From Minisyncoccota bacterium (GTDB lineage Bacteria; Patescibacteriota; Minisyncoccia; JAHIHE01; JAGLIN01), in NCBI GenBank assembly GCA_041661265.1, contig JBAZUT010000003.1:15191-79190 (forward strand): a stretch of 64,000 nucleotides of DNA, read 5' to 3'. The notes beneath the pieces were generated by a model. It saw nothing but the letters and a program-made list of their open reading frames with translations. It was not told the origin of the DNA and did no database searches. A program made the translations under genes and the position numbers. Of the stretch, positions 8,437 through 16,223 are shown in pieces (the first letter of the stretch is position 1; the number at the start of each line of letters is the position of its first letter).

Positions 8437-8468
8437 GGGTGAGATATAAACCAAACTCACCCTTTTTT
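8437..8468 (+). terminator. Intrinsic terminator ending the Cys unit
   Basis: GGGTGAG...CTCACCC then T run. Confidence 0.8.
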
Positions 8469-8539
8469 ATTTTAAATTATCTGATATAATTAACGTAATG
8501 CATGAACGAGAATGCTTATAAATCAACTAATTCAATTTT

Positions 8540-9355
8540 ATGGAAACTGCAGTAAGCAAATCTGTCTGGTTAAATGAACTTACCTGGCAGGACGTCGCGG
8601 AATATTTAAAACGGGACGATATTCTTATTATTCCGGTAGGTTCGACCGAACAGCATGGTCCAGCCGCTCCGCTGGGTCTTGATACATACGCCGCGATCGC
8701 ATTGGCCGATGATGCGGCCAAGAGAGCGAATGTCCTCTCTGCGCCGCCTTTGTGGTTCGGAGATTCATCTCATCATTCTAAATTTCCCGGCACAATATCC
8801 ATAAGGAGCGAAACATTGACTGAACTTATGAAAGATATTCTCAGGAACGTCATAAAAAATGGATTTAAGAAAGTGTTGATCATCAATGGCCACAAGAGCG
8901 CCAATCTGCCGGGCTTGATCAGCGCTGCGAAATATGTCCATGAGTATGATCATCCGAAAAGTTTTATTGCGGTGATCGATCCGATGAAGATCGCAAAAGG
9001 GATCGCAGCAAAAACTAAGGAAGAACCGGAGCATCATGCAGGGGAGCTGGAAACATCGCATCTTATGTATAAGTATCCGAATCTTATAGATAAGGAAAAG
9101 CTTTCCAAGAATAATATCGATGCGGAAAAGATTTTTTCCAAGTTTTTCAGTTTCGATCTGTTTGGCGGAGGAAAGGATGTCATAGATATCGTATGGAATT
9201 CCAGCGAGCAGCGCGAGTTCACGCCTTCGGGCGCATTTTCCGCTTCAAATAGGGCCTCTGCCGAAAAAGGAAAAGCGTATCATGATTACATGGTCGATAA
9301 TATCGTTGAATTTATTGGATGGCTTAGAAAGTATAATGGGCCTATCGGCAGATAG
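8540..9355 (+). CDS. Creatininase / creatinine amidohydrolase family protein
   Basis: PVGSTEQHG, FPGTIS, INGH, HAGELETS. Confidence 0.92.
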   Translation: METAVSKSVWLNELTWQDVAEYLKRDDILIIPVGSTEQHGPAAPLGLDTYAAIALADDAAKRANVLSAPPLWFGDSSHHSKFPGTISIRSETLTELMKDILRNVIKNGFKKVLIINGHKSANLPGLISAAKYVHEYDHPKSFIAVIDPMKIAKGIAAKTKEEPEHHAGELETSHLMYKYPNLIDKEKLSKNNIDAEKIFSKFFSFDLFGGGKDVIDIVWNSSEQREFTPSGAFSASNRASAEKGKAYHDYMVDNIVEFIGWLRKYNGPIGR

Positions 9356-9388
9356 CAGTTTTATATGGATCAGGATTAATGAAACACA

Positions 9389-10330
9389 ATGAAATCAATA
9401 GAGATCGTACGAAAACTCGCGAGTCTTTCTCCGAGGCAGTTCGCCGGAGAGAAGCTAGCGAAAAATTATATAATCAAGATGCTCAAAGGGAATTCTGTGG
9501 ATTACAGTCTGCAGAACTTTGAAGTTGCCGTTCCGTCGTATGCGAAATATCATCTGAAGGCGGACGGGAAGAGCATAAAATGCATACCGACATCATTGGT
9601 CGGAGGAACGGTAGGGGAAGGATGCGATATAATAAGCTCATTGGATGCTTCATATGAAGGCGGTACATGCGGTAATATAAATTATAATCCTCATTCAGAC
9701 GGCATCTCACTGGCTAATTTCTATGATTCGCCGTCCTTTGCGGTTTCGAGGAGGGATGTGAAATTTATCAAAAATGCCGCAAAGATCGAGGGGCTGATAA
9801 AGATCAAAAAGCGAAAATATACATCATGCAATATTCTTGCGGGAAACAGGATCGATTCCAAAAATATATTTTTCGCCCACTACGACTGCTTTTTTGAAGG
9901 AGCGGTCGACAATGCCAGCGGCGTGGCAGTTTGTATGAGCTTGGTTAAAAATAATAAAAATATACTGAAAGATAATCTTATTGTTTTTTGCGGTGCGGAA
10001 GAGCTTTCGTACGATAGGCCTTTCTATTGGGGAAAGTGTTTCAGAGCTTTTGAGTCTAGGAACAGGAGGATAATGAAAAACGCAAAGAAGGTTATAATCG
10101 TAGATTGCGTCGGAACGGATAATGCCGAGGTTAGGAACGACGAGGAAGCGGTGTCTTTGTACTTTGCAAAGAAAAATAATGATAAAAAGAAGGTACTCGT
10201 GGTAACGTCGGTAGAAAGAAGACCTGAAAAATTTATGAGCGTGTATCATAGCAAGGCGGATCGTGCGAGCTGCGTTCGTGAGAAATATCTGCAGAACGCT
10301 TTCGAAAAATGTTTAAGCATAATCGAATAA
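9389..10330 (+). CDS. M28 family peptidase
   Basis: AHYD, GAVDNASGV, GAEE, YHSKAD zinc ligands. Confidence 0.85.
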   Translation: MKSIEIVRKLASLSPRQFAGEKLAKNYIIKMLKGNSVDYSLQNFEVAVPSYAKYHLKADGKSIKCIPTSLVGGTVGEGCDIISSLDASYEGGTCGNINYNPHSDGISLANFYDSPSFAVSRRDVKFIKNAAKIEGLIKIKKRKYTSCNILAGNRIDSKNIFFAHYDCFFEGAVDNASGVAVCMSLVKNNKNILKDNLIVFCGAEELSYDRPFYWGKCFRAFESRNRRIMKNAKKVIIVDCVGTDNAEVRNDEEAVSLYFAKKNNDKKKVLVVTSVERRPEKFMSVYHSKADRASCVREKYLQNAFEKCLSIIE

Positions 10331-10331
10331 T

Positions 10332-11435
10332 ATGATCGGGGAACTGCAAAAATTGATAAGATTTAAGACGGTTGTCGGAAATCACAAAGAGAACGGCAAG
10401 GCTTTGAAGTGGGTCAGATCCGAATTAGCCGGTCTGGATGTCGATGTGAGGGAATTCGAGTCGGATGGATATCGATCGATCGTCATTACGACGCAAAAGA
10501 CTATGAAGCCTAAAGTTTTTCTGGCGGCTCACATGGATGTTGCCAAGGCATCAAATGATCTGTTTATTCCCAGGATATCCGGCGATAAATTGTTTGGACG
10601 AGGCGCATATGATATGAAATTCGCGATCGCTTGTTATTTGAGGTTATTGAAGGAGTTGAAGAAAGATCTTTTGAAATATGATCTGGGAATCATGATCACA
10701 TCAGATGAAGAGTGTGGAGGGAAGAACGGGGCCGGATATCTTCTTGGTAAAGGATACGGATGCGACGCTGTTGTGCTTCCCGATGGAAGCGAGAATTGGA
10801 AAATTGAAAAAGCTTCGAAAGGCGTGTGGTGTTTTGTCGTAAAAAGCTATGGAAAGTCGGCTCATCCGTCTATGCCGTGGAAAGGTATAAATGCGATCGA
10901 AGCATTGCTGGATTATTTCAGCGAGCTGCAGAAACCGTTCAAAACGGAACCGTGCGGAGATCCGCTGCATATCCATTCAACGATCGATATAAATGAATTC
11001 AATACGGGCCGTACGGGGGATAATCTTCCGGATTATGCGGAAGCAATGGCCGATATCTTCTTCATAAGCGGGAAAGAATATGAAAAGATCGTCAGAATGG
11101 AAAAAAGCATCAGAAAGAAATATTCCGGAATAAAGCTCATGACGACTATTTATAATCCGAGCGTAAGGATAAATATAAAAAACAGATTTGCGGATGAATT
11201 TTACCGGATCGCGCGGAATCTGTATGGCATAAGGAAAGAGGCGATGTTTACCCATGGAACATCCGACGCTCATTATTTTGTGGAAAAGAATATATCGGTT
11301 ATTGAAACGCGGCCAAAGGGCGGTGATTTTCATGGCGATGGAGAATGGATAGATCTTGTTGATCTGGAAAGGTTCTATCAGGTCCTGAAAGAATTTACGG
11401 TAAGAATGTCCGCGGTGGATAATGAGAAGATTTGA
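10332..11435 (+). CDS. M20 family metallopeptidase (ArgE/DapE-like)
   Basis: AHMDV, GRGAYDMK, SDEECGG, GKSAH, FHGDGE. Confidence 0.9.
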   Translation: MIGELQKLIRFKTVVGNHKENGKALKWVRSELAGLDVDVREFESDGYRSIVITTQKTMKPKVFLAAHMDVAKASNDLFIPRISGDKLFGRGAYDMKFAIACYLRLLKELKKDLLKYDLGIMITSDEECGGKNGAGYLLGKGYGCDAVVLPDGSENWKIEKASKGVWCFVVKSYGKSAHPSMPWKGINAIEALLDYFSELQKPFKTEPCGDPLHIHSTIDINEFNTGRTGDNLPDYAEAMADIFFISGKEYEKIVRMEKSIRKKYSGIKLMTTIYNPSVRINIKNRFADEFYRIARNLYGIRKEAMFTHGTSDAHYFVEKNISVIETRPKGGDFHGDGEWIDLVDLERFYQVLKEFTVRMSAVDNEKI

Positions 11436-11480
11436 CAATATATTAAAATAGATATAAATTGACAATATAGAACTATATAT

Positions 11481-11537
11481 ATGAAAATACATTCAATAAA
11501 CAGCTATTTCTTTTATTTTAGCCTTCCAATAAGATAG
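11481..11537 (+). CDS. Phe/Tyr attenuator leader peptide MKIHSINSYFFYFSLPIR
   Basis: YFFYF run; TTGACA at 11432 and 11459; paralogous to 13571 leader. Confidence 0.8.
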   Translation: MKIHSINSYFFYFSLPIR

Positions 11538-11600
11538 GTCGTTTTGTGATGAGGATAAAATAAAGAAAAAAGCAAAATGGCCTATCGGGGGCTGTTTTTT
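11533..11600 (+). promoter_or_regulatory. Attenuator (Phe/Tyr unit)
   Basis: GATAGGTCGTTTTG (11533-11546) pairs with CAAAATGGCCTATC (11573-11586), competing with terminator 11574-11600. Confidence 0.78.
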
Positions 11601-11706
11601 GTTATGACATTGAAAACATATTATCGGTTTTAATACGGCATAAAACCGATAAAGTGGGTTCAAATGGACCTTGATAATCAAATAATACAAAAAAGGAGGA
11701 AAGAAG

Positions 11707-11988
11707 ATGATAGCGGGAAAGCCCAAAGATGAGATCGATGAGATGATCTATGCACTTCGCGAGATCTGCCCGGACGTCGGAATAATAAGAAAAAATGGAA
11801 AAATTATTATGACGGGAAATGGGATCATGCGCGTAAAAAAAACAGTGAAGATATTATCCGGAATAGAGAGGATCGAATCCATCAATAAATATGGCACACG
11901 GTGCATACTTGAGATGAAGGGCGACGAGGCGATCATAATGAATGTTGCCAGCAATGAACGAAGTGAGGAATTATGCGTTATAGCGTAA
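11707..11988 (+). CDS. Small protein resembling the ferredoxin-like/ACT regulatory domain of type I-beta DAHP synthase
   Basis: AGGAGG SD; helix-strand pattern KDEIDEMIYAL...IIMTG...LSGIERIESINKY; under Phe/Tyr leader. Confidence 0.35.
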   Translation: MIAGKPKDEIDEMIYALREICPDVGIIRKNGKIIMTGNGIMRVKKTVKILSGIERIESINKYGTRCILEMKGDEAIIMNVASNERSEELCVIA

Positions 11989-12278
11989 TGGATATTGAAG
12001 ACGAAACATCTGAGCTGGTGGCCATGAAGAGGTCTGGAAGCGATGATTCGGCAGACATTCTCTGCTGGAGGATCGGCCAGATGCTGCCGGAAATCGCTAT
12101 CGGCCCAATGACAAGAAATGACAGGATAATGTCGGTGTTACAGAAAGTTGAAACGGCGATATGCTTCTTGTCGGACTCAAAAAACAAAAAAAATCTTGAG
12201 ATCGTGATCCGGAATAAAAAAGAAGAAATAAAAAAATCGGAGAGCCAAAGGGAAAATTTGGCTCTCCCCAACTTTTAA
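11973..12278 (+). CDS. Hypothetical helical protein
   Basis: Overlaps previous ORF, GAGG SD. Confidence 0.55.
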   Translation: MRYSVMDIEDETSELVAMKRSGSDDSADILCWRIGQMLPEIAIGPMTRNDRIMSVLQKVETAICFLSDSKNKKNLEIVIRNKKEEIKKSESQRENLALPNF

Positions 12279-12412
12279 TTTGATATGTTCAGCCATGGAC
12301 ACGGTTTTGCATCAGACGAAAGCTTTTAAAAAAGTTTCTGCCTGCGGCAAAAGCGGCTTGCGGGATAAGGCGATTGTCTTATTGAATTGAAAAAATAAAA
12401 GGAGGAAGAAAA

Positions 12413-12715
12413 TTGAAGGAAAAATGGAGCATAAGCGAAGAAGAAAAGATGATAATAGGTATGATAAGTGTTTATCGAAAGCGGATGAAGAAGTCAAAAA
12501 CGACCGCTAAAATGCTTTATTGCAGAGACCAGATGGATCGAAAAAAGGCTGAACTTGGCAGGCTGAGATCAAGGATCAGAGCGGCCGACTCGGAGAATGA
12601 GAACAGAAAAAGAAACAGGAATTATCCTCCGATGACGGATACGCCGGACCACTGTTCGACCTGCGACCAGAAGCTGAATGATACGTGGAATTGTCTCGGC
12701 TATCCCTCTGCATAA
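12413..12715 (+). CDS. Hypothetical basic protein with C-terminal CxxC
   Basis: AGGAGG SD, TTG start, HCSTC...WNC. Confidence 0.55.
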   Translation: MKEKWSISEEEKMIIGMISVYRKRMKKSKTTAKMLYCRDQMDRKKAELGRLRSRIRAADSENENRKRNRNYPPMTDTPDHCSTCDQKLNDTWNCLGYPSA

Positions 12716-12746
12716 TGAATGTGACGATCGAAGAAGGTGAGTCAAA

Positions 12747-13091
12747 ATGGACAATATGGAATTAATGCCGCAATGGGCGAAAAATAGAGCTCCGTATTGG
12801 ATAAATGGCGATGAATGTCCCGCGTGCAACGGAGCGAACTATAAGATCGAGGTGATCGAGTGCAATGAATACCTGAAAACAGTCGAGATTCGCGCATTGT
12901 GCGGCGATTGTGGGCACCGGGAAAATAAATGTATATCGGAATGTTGGACGGAATGGGAGATCTGCCCCAGATGCAAAAAGAAAAGCGATGTAGCGGAAAA
13001 CAGTATTCCCGGAGGAGGGAATATCGTGCTGGCAGTGTCTTTCATATCCCGATGTTCCCATTGCGGATTTGAAGAATCATTCGGCTATTGA
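12747..13091 (+). CDS. Double zinc-ribbon protein
   Basis: AAGGTGA SD; four CxxC motifs (CPAC, CGDC, CPRC, CSHC). Confidence 0.7.
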   Translation: MDNMELMPQWAKNRAPYWINGDECPACNGANYKIEVIECNEYLKTVEIRALCGDCGHRENKCISECWTEWEICPRCKKKSDVAENSIPGGGNIVLAVSFISRCSHCGFEESFGY

Positions 13092-13110
13092 AAACAAAGA
13101 CGTGGTACAA

Positions 13111-13140
13111 AAGGCAGGCTTCAGGCTTGCCTTATTTATT
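13111..13140 (+). terminator. Terminator ending the Phe/Tyr unit
   Basis: AAGGCAGGC-TTCAG-GCTTGCCTT then AT-rich tail. Confidence 0.65.
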
Positions 13141-13145
13141 ATAAC

Positions 13146-13504
13146 AAAAACCACCGGCGTTAGCCGGTGTGTGCGTTTAGAGCGATAGCTCTTGTGTAAC
13201 TGTAATATAGTAATTGCCATATTATCATTCTAGGTCGTGTCATCCTGAACTTGTTTCAGGATCTTCGTTACATTTCGTAAGAGTGATGTAGTAAAGCAAT
13301 AACGAAATAAAACGAGGATTCCGGATCCCTCCGGAGGCGGGCAGGCAAGTCCGGAATGACAAACAGGCAGATAATCGATTAAGACAGATCAGAAACTACA
13401 TAAAAAACCAAGATGTAAACAGAGTTGAATTAGCACAACAGACGTTATGGAAAAAACAGGCATAGCCTGCCAAGCAGATACCCTCGGCGTCAAGCCGGGG
13501 GTAT
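13146..13504. repeat. Cluster of REP-like / non-autonomous palindromic elements
   Basis: Related hairpins CACCGGC-GTTA-GCCGGTG (13152-13169) and ATACCCTCGGC-GTCAA-GCCGGGGGTAT (13478-13504) flank a GTCATCCTGAACTTGTTTCAGGATCT...GATTCCGGAT..CAAGTCCGGAATGAC element (13239-13360). Confidence 0.65.
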
Positions 13505-13521
13505 GTTCATTATTTTCGACA

Positions 13522-13549
13522 TTGACACATGCCTGCATTGTGCTATAAT
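13522..13549 (+). promoter_or_regulatory. sigma70-type promoter of Phe leader unit
   Basis: TTGACA-16 nt-TATAAT with extended -10 TG. Confidence 0.85.
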
Positions 13550-13570
13550 GGCAAAGTAAGCTCAAATATC

Positions 13571-13630
13571 ATGAAATACGGTATAAATAACAATTTCTTC
13601 TTTTTTAGCTATAACTTCCTTAAAAGATAG
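13571..13630 (+). CDS. Phe attenuator leader peptide MKYGINNNFFFFSYNFLKR
   Basis: TTC TTC TTT TTT plus a fifth Phe; upstream of prephenate-utilising genes. Confidence 0.88.
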   Translation: MKYGINNNFFFFSYNFLKR

Positions 13631-13682
13631 GTTATTTTGTGATAATTCAGATGAAAATAGCCTGTCGAAGAGGCTGTTTTTT
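13626..13682 (+). promoter_or_regulatory. Attenuator (Phe unit)
   Basis: GATAGGTTATTTT (13626-13638) pairs with AAAATAGCCTGTC (13654-13666), competing with terminator AAAATAGCCT-GTCGAAG-AGGCTGTTTTTT. Confidence 0.85.
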
Positions 13683-13754
13683 AATGATATAAAGAACCAT
13701 TCAGTTTTCCACGCGATGGAAGATTGAATGGTAAGTTAAATCTTGCCAATGTGC

Positions 13755-13823
13755 GCCTCGGTGGCTGAAAAGAGCGCCGGCATGAAACACCGGAATATGC
13801 GGATCAAAATTCCGCCCGAGGCA
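13755..13823 (+). tRNA. Degenerate tRNA-Phe(GAA)-like RNA, 69 nt
   Basis: Acceptor GCCTCGG/CCGAGGC + A73; D arm GCT-GAAAAG-AGC; anticodon arm CCGGC-ATGAAAC-ACCGG; T arm GCGGA-TCAAAAT-TCCGC; lacks D-loop GG and T-loop TTC. Confidence 0.75.
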
Positions 13824-13854
13824 AAAAAATTAAAAAAATACAGGAGGAACCGAA

Positions 13855-14541
13855 TTGATACAAGGTTTGAAGATTTTCAATGACCCGGAAAAGCTTCCTC
13901 AGGGCCCTAACGAGCAAGGATTGGCATTGCGGTCGGAACTCGTAAAGAAAATAACATGTTTTGTTTTGGGTCCCATGGGAACCAATATGGAACAGGCCTG
14001 CGAGCAATGGATTCGGGAGATGGGAATCGAAAACAAAACAGAAATTGTTCTTTGTTCGACCCCGGAAGAGTCGATCGAAAAAGCAAGAAGTGTTACCAGT
14101 GAGGGGCATGTTGCAACATTTTGGACATGCGCAGTCTATAATTGCCTGTGCAATGTTTTTTTCCAAAACCCGGATACGCTCACGTTCTTTGCGGAGAAGG
14201 TGATGATGCTGGATGAAATGCAGCTTGCGACGCGGCGTGAAAAGATACATGAGATCAGAGACGGGATCCTTCCCGATTCGTGGATCATTGCATCGCACCC
14301 CTCTCCGGCGCCCCTGCTCAATGAAGTAAAGTGCAGCGTCAAGCTGACTACAAGCAATGCCAAGGCGGCAGAATTGTGCAGTGCGCTCGAGGCGGATGCG
14401 TGCATTACGACAGAAAGCGCAAGAAAGCTGAATGGACTCGAAACACTCCATGTTTTTGGAAGCCCGAAAATGGTTTTTTTTGCGGGGATCACGACTCACG
14501 GAGTGAGGGTTGTTTCAAAGGCATATAATGAGGCGAAATAA
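13855..14541 (+). CDS. Prephenate dehydratase-fold protein, BacA/AerD-like (possible non-aromatising prephenate decarboxylase)
   Basis: LGPMGT, IASHPSP, SNAKAA, ACITT; no ACT domain; AGGAGG SD. Confidence 0.6.
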   Translation: MIQGLKIFNDPEKLPQGPNEQGLALRSELVKKITCFVLGPMGTNMEQACEQWIREMGIENKTEIVLCSTPEESIEKARSVTSEGHVATFWTCAVYNCLCNVFFQNPDTLTFFAEKVMMLDEMQLATRREKIHEIRDGILPDSWIIASHPSPAPLLNEVKCSVKLTTSNAKAAELCSALEADACITTESARKLNGLETLHVFGSPKMVFFAGITTHGVRVVSKAYNEAK

Positions 14542-14641
14542 CGCCTTATAAAAACAGGCATCGTGTGTTAGAATATAAACTATGAGCATGATGCCTTCAA
14601 TTTTATTTTAAACGACTTTATAATAATTTAAACAATATAAT

Positions 14642-16156
14642 ATGAAAATTGCTATTATCGGCGCGAACGGAGATATGGGAAAATTCCTGACCAGATTTCT
14701 GTCGCTACTGGGAGAGGTCAAGCCCATATCCAGGAATGTCTCGACTAAAGAAGACTGGCGCGAGGCATGGACTGCGGACGTGATCTGGCTTAGCATTCCG
14801 CGGGATGCGATCGATGGCCTGCTCGAGGGGAAGAAATTAGACAAGAGGCAGCTTATGGTCGATATCTGTTCGATCAAGAGAAATTTATCAGAGGTTATAA
14901 AGAAAACGGGAGCATCACATTTGTCTTTGCATCCTTTGCATGGTCCAAATATTCCCTTGAACGGTCAAAGATGGGCCGTCATAGACGGTTCAAGAAGGAG
15001 TGAACGGAATCAAAACGCCAAGAGAACTCTGGAGTTTCTGAAAGATCAGGGCATACAGCTTTTGGGCGCCAAATCCGAAGACTATCATGATTTTATGCTG
15101 GGATTAACTCTAAGTGTGCCGGAGCTGCTTACTGTCGTGATCGAGGAGCTGAAAAACGAATATATCAAAAATTGCAAAGAGATCAAGCCGACGAGGAGCG
15201 AGATGAATAAATGGTCTGTCCCGGCGTCCAATGCAATGTATGGGGCTTGTCATCATGTGATAAACAGCACGGCTTACTGGCTCAGGAAGGAGATTCTTTG
15301 TAATGCGCACAAGGACCTCTTGAAAAGCTCCAGGAAGGCTTTCTTAAGGCTTTCAAAATTAACCGATCAGGATATAAAGAAAAAATTCAAAGAACAGGAA
15401 AGAGATATAAAAACATTGTCGCCGGAAGAAAGGATCAAGATCAGATTGTGGATCGAGAATTGGTTCTCGGATGCGACGAAGTCCATATTTATGGAAAAGG
15501 ACTATTATAAGACAAAACCGGAGATCGCCATACAGTTCCAGGAGAACATTTCGGAAATATTTCCGGCTTCGACCGTGAAGCTTAGGGTCGGGATCCATGG
15601 CATAAAGGGGTGCTTTACGCATGAATCTATTCTTCGTTTTTGCGAAGAGGCCAAGGTCGATGAGACAAAACTGGATCTCAAGTTTCTTGTAACTGCCGAG
15701 AATGTTCTGCGCGAGCTGGATGAAGGCAAGATCGACAGGGGAATATTTGCGATGGCAAATTCCGGATCGGGGGCCTATGTTACAAGCATGGATCCCATGG
15801 GAAAATACACGTATAAGGTCATGGCTGTCTATGGGATGAAGATCATGCAGTGTCTTCTCTCGTATCCAAGCGAAAAAATAGAAAATATAAATGAAGTTTT
15901 CGGCCATCCGCAGGCCGTCAGCCAGTGCAAAAGAACCCTTGCAGAAAAATACCCATATCTGAAAATAACCTACGGAAAAGACGACGACGATACCGCTTTA
16001 TGCGCAAAGAGGATAGCGGAAGGCGAGCTTCCGAGAACGACAGCGACACTTGCGTCTCAGGTTGCGGCTAAGCTTTATAATTTGAACATATTGTCTTACA
16101 ATATGCACCATGATCCTTTCAATACGACAACTTTCTTGATTGTAAAAAAGCGGTAA
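14642..16156 (+). CDS. Prephenate dehydrogenase - prephenate dehydratase fusion
   Basis: IIGANGDMG, DICSIK, HPLHGP (TyrA) followed by GIKGCFTH, NSGSG, GHPQAVSQC, NTTTF (PDT). Confidence 0.85.
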   Translation: MKIAIIGANGDMGKFLTRFLSLLGEVKPISRNVSTKEDWREAWTADVIWLSIPRDAIDGLLEGKKLDKRQLMVDICSIKRNLSEVIKKTGASHLSLHPLHGPNIPLNGQRWAVIDGSRRSERNQNAKRTLEFLKDQGIQLLGAKSEDYHDFMLGLTLSVPELLTVVIEELKNEYIKNCKEIKPTRSEMNKWSVPASNAMYGACHHVINSTAYWLRKEILCNAHKDLLKSSRKAFLRLSKLTDQDIKKKFKEQERDIKTLSPEERIKIRLWIENWFSDATKSIFMEKDYYKTKPEIAIQFQENISEIFPASTVKLRVGIHGIKGCFTHESILRFCEEAKVDETKLDLKFLVTAENVLRELDEGKIDRGIFAMANSGSGAYVTSMDPMGKYTYKVMAVYGMKIMQCLLSYPSEKIENINEVFGHPQAVSQCKRTLAEKYPYLKITYGKDDDDTALCAKRIAEGELPRTTATLASQVAAKLYNLNILSYNMHHDPFNTTTFLIVKKR

Positions 16157-16186
16157 TAGAAGGCCTGTATTCATATTTGAGCATAA

Positions 16187-16217
16187 TAAAAATAGCATTT
16201 AGAGATGCTATTTTTAT
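16187..16217. terminator. Bidirectional terminator between convergent genes
   Basis: AAAAATAGCATTT-A-GAGATGCTATTTTT. Confidence 0.7.
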
Positions 16218-16223
16218 ATAGCA

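Noticed and set aside
2570-13690. Leaders as T-box riboswitches
   Set aside because: No T-box consensus (GGTGGNACCGCG) was seen, and the in-frame amino acid runs explain the regulation better.
13804-14499. 231-aa minus-strand ORF and similar long antisense ORFs (5203-5784, 21942-22655, 28043-28723, 29235-29909)
   Set aside because: Shadow frames opposite well-supported genes, with no motifs of their own.
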